Virus record (IMG/VR): IMGVR_UViG_3300009285_000036
Span: 1 to 36,079 of that record
Length of the DNA: 36,079 bases
Direction: 5' to 3' (one strand)
Origin: a virus
Positions 9,043-18,700 of this stretch are shown here, one piece after another; the first letter of the stretch is position 1; each line of letters opens with the position of its first letter. The notes beneath the pieces are model-generated. The model worked only from the letters and a program-made list of their open reading frames with translations. It was not told the origin of the DNA and ran no database searches. Both the position numbers and the translations under genes were made by a program.

Positions 9043-11396
9043 ACTTGTATATCAATACTTAATCCAGCGTTGCCGTTTGAACCGTCAGTAGCTGTTGTTC
9101 CATAACCATTTCCATGAGTGCCACCAGTTCCGCCACTAACATCAACACTTCCGCTGTCAGTTAATGAAGAATAAACTCGGATCACAATACCACCTGAACC
9201 GGCTCCCCCACCACCCCCACCACCACCCCATGTTGGAGTTGTTCCCTCACCCTGACCACCATTTCCACCATTACCACCTTTTGCTAAAATAGTTCCAGTG
9301 CTAACAATAATACGAGCAAAAATTGTAATTATTCCACCCCCAGCACCTGATCCACCTCCACCACCACCACCTTGTAAAGTACCACCATTCCCATCACCCC
9401 CAGCACCTGATCCACCTCCAGCCGAAGATTTCAAATAATCTCCACTTGGCAAAGTATCAAAAAGTAAATAAGCAGTAATACCATTTCGAGGTTCATTAAA
9501 AACAGTCCCAGTTTTACTTCCTGCTGTTCCTCCTGCATTAGCACTAGCACCACCACCATTACCACCAGCGACTCCAGCAGACCCTAAAGACTTAGCAACA
9601 TCAGTGCCATTATTTCCATCATCCCCACCACTACCACCCGAAGTTCCGCCATTACCTCCAGCCTTTCCTGCCATCCCACCAACCACCGAACCAGAAGCTG
9701 TAGCAGCCCCAGCCGAACCACCAGCCCCTCCTCCAGCTGATCCTACCGCTCCATTTCCACCATTCCCACCACTACAGTTAATTGAATCAGCACTTGAATA
9801 AGTCAAAGTTCCACTAACAAAAATCCTATATCCATTCGTAAAAATTGTATCACCCGAAGTTATGGTTAAATTAGTATAAAAAACATCAGCTGTTAAAGTT
9901 TCATCGCCTGCCGTAGTATGGGCACCGTCTGAACCATCACCAAACCACGATTCGTTGGATAAAGATGAATTATTAACAACAGCGTCAGTAAGAACATTGT
10001 TTTGAACCTGTACCCAAGCCGCGCCACTCCAGCGATAAGGTCTGTTGGCGTCATCACTGTCAAGCCATAAATCGCCCGTTTCACTAGCAGTCGGAGCAGT
10101 TGTTTGAATATAAGTCAAGATTTTAGTGTCAGCAGTTCCTTGGGCCGTGGCGGCGTTTGAGAGAGCCGTGCCGATTGCGTCGTCTTGTATCTCTACCCAA
10201 ACCGCTCCGCTATACCTGTAAATCTTGTTATCATCTGAATCTATCCAATAGTCCCCCGTAACCATTCCTGTACCCGGGGTGGTAGTATTAAAAAATAATT
10301 GATAAATACCACTAGGGATGTTTGTAAGGTTTGTTGTCCAGTCAGCACCAACCGTAGCGTTATCCGCCGCCTTACCAGCTCCAAAGATTTTAGCCCAATC
10401 AGCCACATCAAACTCTGCCGCCACCCAAGCGCTACCACTCCAACGATAAGGTTTGTTGTTGTCATCAGTATCGAACCAGATATCACCGACAGCCTCGGCG
10501 GTTGGAGCAGTGGCAACAAAAAATGAAACGATTTTGCCGTCTGCAGTTGATTGAGCATTATTAGCGGCCGTAAGAGCCGAAGCAATAGCCCCGTCTTGAA
10601 TATCAATCCAAGCCGTACCAGACCACCTATAAAGATTATAGCCATCATCAGAATCAGCCCATAAGTCGCCAGTAGCTTCTGCGGTTGGTGCGGTAGTTTG
10701 AACGAATGTAATAATTTTACCGTCTGCCGTGGCCTGTGCCGTTGCCGCGTTAGCAATGGCAGTCGCAATACCTGAATCTTGAACACTAACCCAAGCACTT
10801 CCAGACCACCTATACATTTTGTTGCCATCATCTGAGTCCAACCATAAATCGCCTGTTTCTGACGCTGTGGGCGCGCTGGCTTGCGTAAAGGTAACAATCT
10901 TCGTGTTAGCGGTAGTTTGCGCGTTAAACGCGTCTGTGAGAGCTTGAGCGATGTCATTGTCCTGTACCTCTACCCAAGCGGAGCCGGAATACCGATAAAT
11001 CATATTATCATCGCTGTCTATCCAATAATCATTCGCGCTCATTCCACTAGCAGGCGCGGTAGCTTGATAATAAATAACTGCCCGGCCAGTATAGGCGGTA
11101 TCTCGAATTGAAGTCCAAACCAGTAAATCACTAGCACGGTAAGGGTGATTACTGTCGTTTGTGTCAATCCAAATATCGCCCTTTTTGTAATCATCAGTTG
11201 GCGCGTCATTTTGATAGAAAGTCTGTCTGCGTAAAGCATTGACTTCTGGTGTTGCTCCTCCAGTGTCAGCCATTTGACTAAAATCAAGTATCTCTGGCAT
11301 TAAACTAGAAACAGTAGGGATGACAAAAACATCCTTTGAAAGTAAATCTGGTAGGGTTTTGTTTTCAATATCAGGCATAGTTACTTTTGAAGCCAA
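9039..11396 (-). CDS. Tail fibre / receptor-binding protein with tandem repeats and a glycine-rich C-terminal domain
   Basis: Seven copies of the G-D-x-W-x-D-S-D-D ... Y-R-W-S-G-x-A-W motif, the central ones about 61 aa apart (roughly 9990-11220). The C-terminal 250 aa are rich in GGNGG and GGSG runs. Confidence 0.85.
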   Translation of the reverse strand: MASKVTMPDIENKTLPDLLSKDVFVIPTVSSLMPEILDFSQMADTGGATPEVNALRRQTFYQNDAPTDDYKKGDIWIDTNDSNHPYRASDLLVWTSIRDTAYTGRAVIYYQATAPASGMSANDYWIDSDDNMIYRYSGSAWVEVQDNDIAQALTDAFNAQTTANTKIVTFTQASAPTASETGDLWLDSDDGNKMYRWSGSAWVSVQDSGIATAIANAATAQATADGKIITFVQTTAPTAEATGDLWADSDDGYNLYRWSGTAWIDIQDGAIASALTAANNAQSTADGKIVSFFVATAPTAEAVGDIWFDTDDNNKPYRWSGSAWVAAEFDVADWAKIFGAGKAADNATVGADWTTNLTNIPSGIYQLFFNTTTPGTGMVTGDYWIDSDDNKIYRYSGAVWVEIQDDAIGTALSNAATAQGTADTKILTYIQTTAPTASETGDLWLDSDDANRPYRWSGAAWVQVQNNVLTDAVVNNSSLSNESWFGDGSDGAHTTAGDETLTADVFYTNLTITSGDTIFTNGYRIFVSGTLTYSSADSINCSGGNGGNGAVGSAGGGAGGSAGAATASGSVVGGMAGKAGGNGGTSGGSGGDDGNNGTDVAKSLGSAGVAGGNGGGASANAGGTAGSKTGTVFNEPRNGITAYLLFDTLPSGDYLKSSAGGGSGAGGDGNGGTLQGGGGGGGSGAGGGIITIFARIIVSTGTILAKGGNGGNGGQGEGTTPTWGGGGGGGGAGSGGIVIRVYSSLTDSGSVDVSGGTGGTHGNGYGTTATDGSNGNAGLSIDIQV

Positions 11397-12871
11397 TGTC
11401 CAAAGACCTCAATCATACGAATCGCCAAAGCATTCGTAGCCGACCCGTTGCTCCAATCAATCTCAATCCGCCAATCATCAACATTATTGATGTTAGGATT
11501 GAAAATCTTTTTAATCGTGCCTGTGTCGTTGGTGTGAGTAATACTTCCAGTTTGACCCTGTTTAGTAATTGATTGATTGCTATTGCCTCGATTATAATGA
11601 ATAAGCAAATCAGCGCGCGCGCCAGTGGCTGTTGGCTCAAAATGAGCAATAACTTTATCAATCATTGAAGTCGCGCAAGAAAACATCAATGACTTAAAAG
11701 CACAATTCACATCATATCCGCTAAACTTGGCTAATTTATAGCTAGTAGCGCCATCAAAAGAAGCGCACATCGGAGTACCAAACGGCGCGGCAAAAGCTCC
11801 GACCGTAGCAAACCCTCCGTCCGCGTGTTGAGAAAATATAGTTGGCATTTCTTCATCCGCGCTTCCCCAAATCCATACTTCACCCGAAGAAATCCAAGCA
11901 ATCATATTGTCGTAGATAATCTTTTGTCCGAAGTTTGGCAAAGAACCTGTAAAAGTACGAAGCGGTTTGATTTTGTTGCCGTCTAATACCCCAAGTTTGA
12001 AACCCCCGCTTGATGAAAGGTCCTGATAAAAAACAAAAATGTTCCCGTCTTTATTTATTAAAGCGCCAAGCCGACCGTAAACGCGCGGATGCGGAAAATC
12101 ATCCCACGAATTAGACACAGTGTCCCAAACATAAATACTGCCCTGATTATTATTTACTCCAGTTAAGTTAGGAAAATTGACTGCCGCATAAATCTTTGAG
12201 TTTTCATAAACCAAATCAACCACTTGCGAACTAGCGGGCAAATCAAGTTCATCAACCGAAATGGTATTGGTGACTGGGTCGTAGTACCCAACATACCTAC
12301 CGTTGCCGAAATAAACAATCCCGTCATCCCCAAGCACGCTAGGATGAGGAGCGTTTTGAAGAGCCGCGAATCCAGTAGGCACGGTCGAACCAAAGTCGTC
12401 ATCAAATGCGTCAGTCGCAAGAGTAAGACGACCCATATCACCAGCACTTCCAGAATGATTATAAAAATAATAAAGATAAGTTCCGTCAGAACAAACACTC
12501 TCTCCGTCTTCGCCAGTTACTGCCGCTTTATCAATCGTGTGAGGATATGAGCCAGCGTTGGCCACCGCAGTAGCTGAAATCTTATAAAGTTTAGCCCCGC
12601 CAATCCCCCACGCTACATCAGCCGAAGTTGGAACATTCAAAATATGCTTAATCAAAGTAGTAACCGCCCCGGCTTGAGTTCCTGCCGTAAGAGTTGCTAA
12701 ACCAGCCCCCTGAGTAATTTTAGTGGGATCAGTAATATCACAATTTTGGATATCGCCAGCGTGATTAGAATTCCCGTAATTTGGGTAACTATTTTTCCAG
12801 AAACTAGGAGCAAAGCCCGGGTAGGGAGCCGTGACAGCAATTCGCCAGCTATTGTCTTTTGAATTGGGCAT
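11381..12871 (-). CDS. Structural protein, beta-propeller-like. Candidate tail nozzle or tubular protein.
   Basis: 496 aa with recurring blade-like segments (IVYFGNGRYVGYYD, IYAAVNF, IYVWDT, IFVFYQD). It sits between the adaptor-like gene and the fibre gene. Confidence 0.75.
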   Translation of the reverse strand: MPNSKDNSWRIAVTAPYPGFAPSFWKNSYPNYGNSNHAGDIQNCDITDPTKITQGAGLATLTAGTQAGAVTTLIKHILNVPTSADVAWGIGGAKLYKISATAVANAGSYPHTIDKAAVTGEDGESVCSDGTYLYYFYNHSGSAGDMGRLTLATDAFDDDFGSTVPTGFAALQNAPHPSVLGDDGIVYFGNGRYVGYYDPVTNTISVDELDLPASSQVVDLVYENSKIYAAVNFPNLTGVNNNQGSIYVWDTVSNSWDDFPHPRVYGRLGALINKDGNIFVFYQDLSSSGGFKLGVLDGNKIKPLRTFTGSLPNFGQKIIYDNMIAWISSGEVWIWGSADEEMPTIFSQHADGGFATVGAFAAPFGTPMCASFDGATSYKLAKFSGYDVNCAFKSLMFSCATSMIDKVIAHFEPTATGARADLLIHYNRGNSNQSITKQGQTGSITHTNDTGTIKKIFNPNINNVDDWRIEIDWSNGSATNALAIRMIEVFGHWLQK

Positions 12872-12873
12872 AA

Positions 12874-13617
12874 TTAGTTCATTGATCTGGCTTTAGTTGA
12901 AATTTGACCTGATTGAGTGCCTGTATTTTCTCGCTTCACATAGAAATTAAGCATCTTTTGAATCTCTAACTCCTTCTCTTGCTCAAGCCCCTGAGCTTTT
13001 GAATACTTATCTTGCGATTTTAACCATTGTTCTGCCGCACCGATAGAAAGAATGTGATGAAATTGTGACGGAAAACGAGGAGTAAGAGCATCTCCAGTCC
13101 CCGCGATAGCCAAATCCGTAAGTCCTGTAACGCAGTAAATCTTCATTCCGTTTGTAATTGTCTGATAAGGAATTGGATCGAGATAAAAATATCCGTTCTT
13201 AACCCACACAACCGGATTATTATACGAACCCTCAATAACATTATCATTAGCAGTATTAGCCAAAGCGCCGTCAATAGATTGTTGTTTTACAACCCGAGCA
13301 ACAACCCAACCATTATCCATGCCAGTATAATTCACTTCAATACGATCAATAGCAAGCATTCCAGTCGGCCACGCGTAACTTTGTGTGGCATCGGTAAGAT
13401 TTTTTAATCCGTTTCCAGTTCCCTCAAGTGTATTATCTTGCCAATCAAAAAGAAGTTCGCCAATTAAGCGAGTTTGAAGTTTGCCCATTTCAAGATTAAG
13501 TAATGCCACGATTGTGGCATCGGCAGGATTATTAACATTGTCTTGAGAATTCGCTTTAAATCTTGTGTAGCCGAGTAAGTCAGTTAGCAACAGACTAGAA
13601 GCAGCACCAATTTGCAT
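12874..13617 (-). CDS. Structural protein. Candidate head-tail adaptor.
   Basis: 247 aa. The function is inferred from position only. Confidence 0.7.
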   Translation of the reverse strand: MQIGAASSLLLTDLLGYTRFKANSQDNVNNPADATIVALLNLEMGKLQTRLIGELLFDWQDNTLEGTGNGLKNLTDATQSYAWPTGMLAIDRIEVNYTGMDNGWVVARVVKQQSIDGALANTANDNVIEGSYNNPVVWVKNGYFYLDPIPYQTITNGMKIYCVTGLTDLAIAGTGDALTPRFPSQFHHILSIGAAEQWLKSQDKYSKAQGLEQEKELEIQKMLNFYVKRENTGTQSGQISTKARSMN

Positions 13618-13621
13618 AGAA

Positions 13622-13786
13622 TTATTTTATTTTATATTCCTTAATAAATTGTTCCGCCCCTTCTTTTGTTTTGGCGTAAGCCTTGATTCGTTCAATCTCG
13701 CCAGTTTTAACAATAACTGGAAATGCTTCTTTCTCTTCAGAATAATCACCTATAAAAATAGTTTTACCTTCTGTTTTTTTCTTCAT
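13622..13786 (-). CDS. Small hypothetical protein (54 aa)
   Basis: MKKKTEGKTIFIGDYSEEKEAFPVIVKTGEIERIKAYAKTKEGAEQFIKEYKIK fills the intergenic gap. It is below the ORF-track cutoff. Confidence 0.45.
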   Translation of the reverse strand: MKKKTEGKTIFIGDYSEEKEAFPVIVKTGEIERIKAYAKTKEGAEQFIKEYKIK

Positions 13787-13787
13787 A

Positions 13788-14834
13788 TTATTTCTTTGAT
13801 TTAAGATTATAAATTATGTTACCTTTACATTTTTCAACTAGATAAGCGATAATATCGCTCACTCGATAATCATTGTAAGTAAGCGCATAGACAATATCTT
13901 TCCACTCTTTACCAGCCAAAGTCGGCTCGGGTCGTAAAGATTTGGCAGGAAAAACTTTATACAAGGTTTCCCACAAGACCATTCCGTTTCGGATCTCTTT
14001 TGAATAATCTCGGTTTACATCAACCAAAGCATCATCGCTAGTTGGTTTCTTTACATTTACCTCATCAATAGAAATCCACGCAGTAGGAAAAACTGGAAAG
14101 CCGCTTGGAAGATAACAATATCCCGCATCACCCCAAAACTCACCAAACATATTAGCACACTCAAGTTGTCTTTTAGTATCATTGTCATCATACCCAGTCG
14201 CAACGATATTATGTCCCCACTTCTCCGCGCCTTTTGGTAAAGGCAATTCCCCTCTGCGATTAGGTTGAGAGTTGGTATAAAACACAGTCCCAATTGATAC
14301 TGGTCGCTTCCAACGCCAAAGAGCCGTCTTGATTCCTTCGTAATTCTCAAACGAACCACGAGTAATCATCACTGATTCTTGCGCTTTGTATTTAAGAGCG
14401 TGTTTGGCTGTTGATTCAGAAACGATTGGCATTCCTCTTGGATCATCTGGCACAGAAATTGACGGATATTCCCATTCGGTTGCCACTCCACAAACAGTCG
14501 GAATATAAGTCCCTCGTGAGATATAAGTCCCTCTGAATCCGTAGCCGTCAAGTTTTTTAGCTTCCGCGTAAATGAAAAGTCCTGACAGATCGGTGTATCT
14601 GTCATTTTCTTTCATCTCGTTATATTCAACGAGGTACGCCCCCGCAAATCCAACACAATCAAAGTTTTTCTGAGTCGCAATCGCGGGCATATGCTGTCGG
14701 ATAGAAAAAGTCTGCGGTCTTTGAGAAGTATCACCACCAGTCGTATTATCTTCACTTGGTACTCCAACAAGGATCGGGTCAATTTCTGCTCCACCACCTT
14801 TGTAATTGTCACGAACCCTTATAAAAGAGAACAT
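13788..14834 (-). CDS. Papain-like (C1-type) cysteine peptidase. Candidate lysis enzyme.
   Basis: QKNFDC (Cys60), WGHNIVATGYDD (His208) and ANMFGEFWGDAGYCYL (Asn228) mirror the papain QxxxxxC, HAVxxVGY and NSWGxxWGxxGY blocks. No signal peptide is present. Confidence 0.8.
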   Translation of the reverse strand: MFSFIRVRDNYKGGGAEIDPILVGVPSEDNTTGGDTSQRPQTFSIRQHMPAIATQKNFDCVGFAGAYLVEYNEMKENDRYTDLSGLFIYAEAKKLDGYGFRGTYISRGTYIPTVCGVATEWEYPSISVPDDPRGMPIVSESTAKHALKYKAQESVMITRGSFENYEGIKTALWRWKRPVSIGTVFYTNSQPNRRGELPLPKGAEKWGHNIVATGYDDNDTKRQLECANMFGEFWGDAGYCYLPSGFPVFPTAWISIDEVNVKKPTSDDALVDVNRDYSKEIRNGMVLWETLYKVFPAKSLRPEPTLAGKEWKDIVYALTYNDYRVSDIIAYLVEKCKGNIIYNLKSKK

Positions 14835-14845
14835 AAGTTTTGTAG

Positions 14846-15058
14846 TTATTTTTTAGTTCCGTAAGTGTTATTAAGGTATTTTGTAACCTGTGAAATTACT
14901 GCTGTAAGAATAATAACCGCAAGCCCATACCACTGAGGAGAACCAGTTAAGTCGAGCGCTCCCAAAAACTGTGTGAGCGATGTAAGTAAGAAAGCCAATG
15001 TGCTTGCTCCCACTACCCACAAACCAGCGAATAATCTTTTTTTGAATTCTGGATTCAT
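14846..15058 (-). CDS. Holin-like two-TM protein
   Basis: MNPEFKKRLFAGLWVVGASTLAFLL ... WYGLAVIILTAVISQV ... with a basic C-terminus. The longest ORF extends to 15103 but would overlap the upstream gene by 35 nt. Confidence 0.55.
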   Translation of the reverse strand: MNPEFKKRLFAGLWVVGASTLAFLLTSLTQFLGALDLTGSPQWYGLAVIILTAVISQVTKYLNNTYGTKK

Positions 15059-15068
15059 ATAATTAGAA

Positions 15069-15422
15069 TTATTTAAGATTAGTATATTCAAGGGCTGAAT
15101 CAATTAGATCTGTTTCATTTTCAACAGATAGATCTGGTTGCCAATTGCCTTTCTTATCTATCTCAACCTGAAGTATTCCCAAAAACTCCTGACCCTCATC
15201 AGACCACAAAAACATACCAGTCTTATCCGCCTTATATTTATTTACTCTATCCTCTTTGAAAGTGTCGTAGTCTTTTGTCTTGGAGAAACATATTTTGCTT
15301 GTTTCTGTCTTGACCACCTGAGCGTCAAACATACAAACACTATCCGCAGCCACCACTCCAAAAGCAGTGGCTGCGATTCCAAGACCTATAACCCCATTTT
15401 TGATTGAAGTTTTTAAGTCCAT
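15069..15422 (-). CDS. Exported or membrane-anchored small protein (117 aa)
   Basis: N-terminal hydrophobic segment GVIGLGIAATAFGVVAA followed by a polar domain. Confidence 0.6.
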   Translation of the reverse strand: MDLKTSIKNGVIGLGIAATAFGVVAADSVCMFDAQVVKTETSKICFSKTKDYDTFKEDRVNKYKADKTGMFLWSDEGQEFLGILQVEIDKKGNWQPDLSVENETDLIDSALEYTNLK

Positions 15423-15426
15423 AAGT

Positions 15427-15726
15427 TTATAATAGATGAGTCTTTACCCAATCGTAGGCTATCGTGGAAATGATTGATCCAAGAAACAATGCAATGGCTG
15501 AGTAGGTTCCAAACTTTGCTACAAAAACAAGACGCCAGTTTTCAATTACTTTCAATCGTTCATCGAGTCCTTTTTCTAACTCACAAATCCGTTTATCCAA
15601 CCGATCAATAACTGAATCAACCTTTTTGGTATATTGGATCAAGTCACGACGTAAGTATTGTATTTCCATTTGTAACAACTCATCTTTTTGTTGATGTGGC
15701 GAATCCATATTTAGATTGATTCCCAA
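15427..15726 (-). CDS. Coiled-coil protein with a C-terminal TM anchor (99 aa)
   Basis: Heptad-like charged N-terminal part, then FGTYSAIALFLGSIISTIAY near the C-terminus. Confidence 0.6.
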   Translation of the reverse strand: MGINLNMDSPHQQKDELLQMEIQYLRRDLIQYTKKVDSVIDRLDKRICELEKGLDERLKVIENWRLVFVAKFGTYSAIALFLGSIISTIAYDWVKTHLL

Positions 15727-18700
15727 TTAGTAGTATCAAACGCGCAATACTGAACATTCTGACCAGCAGGAAGCGTGGTAGCAGTATCTGCGCCAGCACC
15801 CAAATTATCACCACTAGCAGGGAAAATTTGAAGCGTATTAGCGCCATTGTTGATGACTGTCTGACAAAGTCCAACACTGGCAGTAATGAGAGTAACTGTG
15901 TCATTCGTAGTAGCAACAGTCGCCACTTCGTTAATTTCAGCAGTGAGTGCGCCCTGACCTTGTGTTTGAGTAACGGAAGCGGTAAGTCCAGCATTGACAT
16001 CTCGAACAATCAAAGCGTCATCACCCATTGAAAGGTTACCACCAGCCAAAGCAAGACTATTCCCAGTCTGTGTCAAGGTTACATCATTATTATCCCAATT
16101 TATCACTCCGCCTTCAGCTAGGAACAAATCCGACCATTCGTTGGTTGAAGCAACACCAATCGCCCAACCGTCATTAGTGGCAGGTTTGATTACGCCCCCA
16201 AATTCAGAGATACCCTTTCCTACTTTCAATGCCACATCAGCATCAGCGTTCATCGTTATATCAATACCTTCATAAGTAAGGCTACCCGCTGTTTTCGTAG
16301 CTGTTCCGCCAACAATTTTTAACCCATAAGCCTCAACAGAAGCACCGGCGAAATTAACCGTGGCATTTGGCATATTCACAACATACCCACCCCAAATATC
16401 AGTACCTGTCGCTGTGTTTTGTTCAAGTGTTCCTGCACCAGAAACATCAACACCGTATCCAACATATTGATAAACACCCGCACCTGTGTTTGTTACCGAA
16501 GGCAAGTCAACCGCGTTGGCAAGAACACTGAAACCCGTAGCTGTTAAATTAGTACGGAAGTCAAAGTTAGTTCCTTTTAGTGTGCCCGCAAGAGCTGTTG
16601 CGCCAGTATAACTAGCACCTACTAATGTTCCTTGCGTGAAACTAGCAAGGTCAAAACTTATGACTGTTGTATTTGTGGGAACACCCTGAAATACTAACTG
16701 CCCCGCAAATCTTGACCTACCGTCTGAATAGAAAGCATAATTATTTGTGTTCAGATTGTTGGCAGGCTTGGCATAAATTGCGGCAGTGGTTAAACTACCG
16801 ACACCAGCCACATACCCAACACTGGATAAATCTGACTTAATGCCGTAATAATTGGATGTTCCTGAGGCCGGTCCCGTTAATGTCCAAGTTGGAACAACCC
16901 ATAAATCAGACACAGTGGCACTAGCATCGGCAGTTCCGTTTGTTCCCCTTTGCAACTGGATTGTTGCTGTGAGATTAGCGGTTGAGGAATTATCAAAGGT
17001 ATTCATTCCCGTTGCTCTAATAGCCAAGTTTTGCGAGTCTGTATCAGTAGCGGCGTGGATTCTTAATGCATTGACAGTCGTAGTTCCAACTGAAGCTGTA
17101 ACTGAAACGCTACGCATATCAATCTGTGCGCCATTGTATGTAGCTGAACCCGCGCCACCCATAGCGGTAAGCACCATATTCGGGATAACCTTGAAATCAA
17201 CCATTGTATCGTTGTTGGATTGAAGAGTGATCGCGCCAGATCTTCCTAATTGAACTAATGCCGTATTATTTGTGTATGAAGTTCCCGCGTAGCCCAAACT
17301 CATCATCTGTGTACCTGTCGTGCTTGCCGAATGATTAAACAACATTAAACCATTTTCAATCCAAAGTGAACGATAGGAAATATCACTATCTGTCCCAGCT
17401 TCCAAGTGAAGTCCCGTAACTGTTAAACTTGAAGTATCGGTTGTAGAAGTCAATGATGCTGAAGATATATTCGCTAAATTGTAGTTCCATATATCAGCCG
17501 TGGTAATCTTTGTCAGTGCGGAAGTTGGCTTGATATTAAAATCAGTTATTCCAGTATTGCTTCCACTTGTTTGGGTCAACGCACCTGTGCGAGTAATGTC
17601 GGCAATAATATCTCCTGTGGTGTAAGTCGTTACGCCATAGTTAATATCCAACGGTTGGATAGGTGTCGCGCCTGAATTAGTAATATCTAACTCATTATTC
17701 ATTGAAAGCGTAGTAATCGCTCCCAGCGCTCCCGATGTTTCGGTTACTGTTGCGTTTTCTATTTTAGTTCCAGTTGAATTGTAGCGAAGTAATCTTGTAT
17801 CGGTTAAAGCGTCGATATGAACATCGTCAACTCTGTCTGCGTTTAAGTTTGTACTTTTAGTTGTTGAAGTAAGTACAAAAGGAGGAGTGCCATCTGCTAA
17901 AGTGGAAGTAATTTGACCAGTCGTTGAAAGTGAAGTCAGGGTTCCAACACTTGTAAGAGATGAAGCAACAACAGAAGAACCAAGAGTCGTGGCATTCAAA
18001 ACAGAAATATTATTGATCTTATAATCAAGACCAGATGAAATGTTCCACGCTTGATTTGAAGTCCAGTTATCATTGGCATTATCCCAAAGGATTGTTTTAT
18101 CAGTTGCGCCCTTGAGTTCAATTCCTCCGCCATCAGCAGTTATATCTGTTGGAGTAGTAACATCACCCATTACGATATTTTTATCATCAACCGTAAGAGT
18201 AGTTGAATTAATCGTCGTGGTTGTGCCATTAACAGTGAAATCGCCCGGAATAATAACGCCCTGTGCCGAAGTACCCAAAGTCAGACTGCCGTCAGCGTCA
18301 GCCGTGATAAAGGCGGTTGGTACACCAGCCACCTGTTGCTTGAAAGTCACATCAATATCCTCTGTGCCAGACCCCACATCAGTCGCCTGAGCGTCAATAG
18401 AAGCATTAACATCATTGTCGGTAGCGTTTGTATCCTTGAAACTCAAAGTCGGGTTTATAGAAGAAAGTGTAATGTCACCCGAGCCAACTGTTACGCCATT
18501 GATTGTTCCAGTAACGCTAAGATCGCCAGATTGGTTGAGCGTCATTAGTTGTGTATCGCTATTATTATCCCAGCGCGAACGATAAGTGTCTGTTCCTATA
18601 TCTGCCTCATTATAAACTTTCATTGCTCGATTTCCAGCCGAAGTTTCGCCAATCATCGAAAGTTTGTTTGAATCATTACCAGCACCGGAAGCAACAGAGT

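Noticed and set aside
9040-9810. Repetitive CCACCACC / GGTGG-type DNA, considered as a CRISPR-like array or non-coding G-rich repeat
   Set aside because: There is no repeat-spacer periodicity. The sequence is in frame and encodes the Gly-rich C-terminal domain of the tail fibre.
10241-10957. 238-aa alternative-frame ORF (and several 60-110 aa ORFs) inside the tail-fibre and other large genes
   Set aside because: The open frame is a by-product of the tandem DNA repeats. The translated sequence is Leu/Arg/Gln-rich without structure, and the main frame carries the conserved repeat motif.
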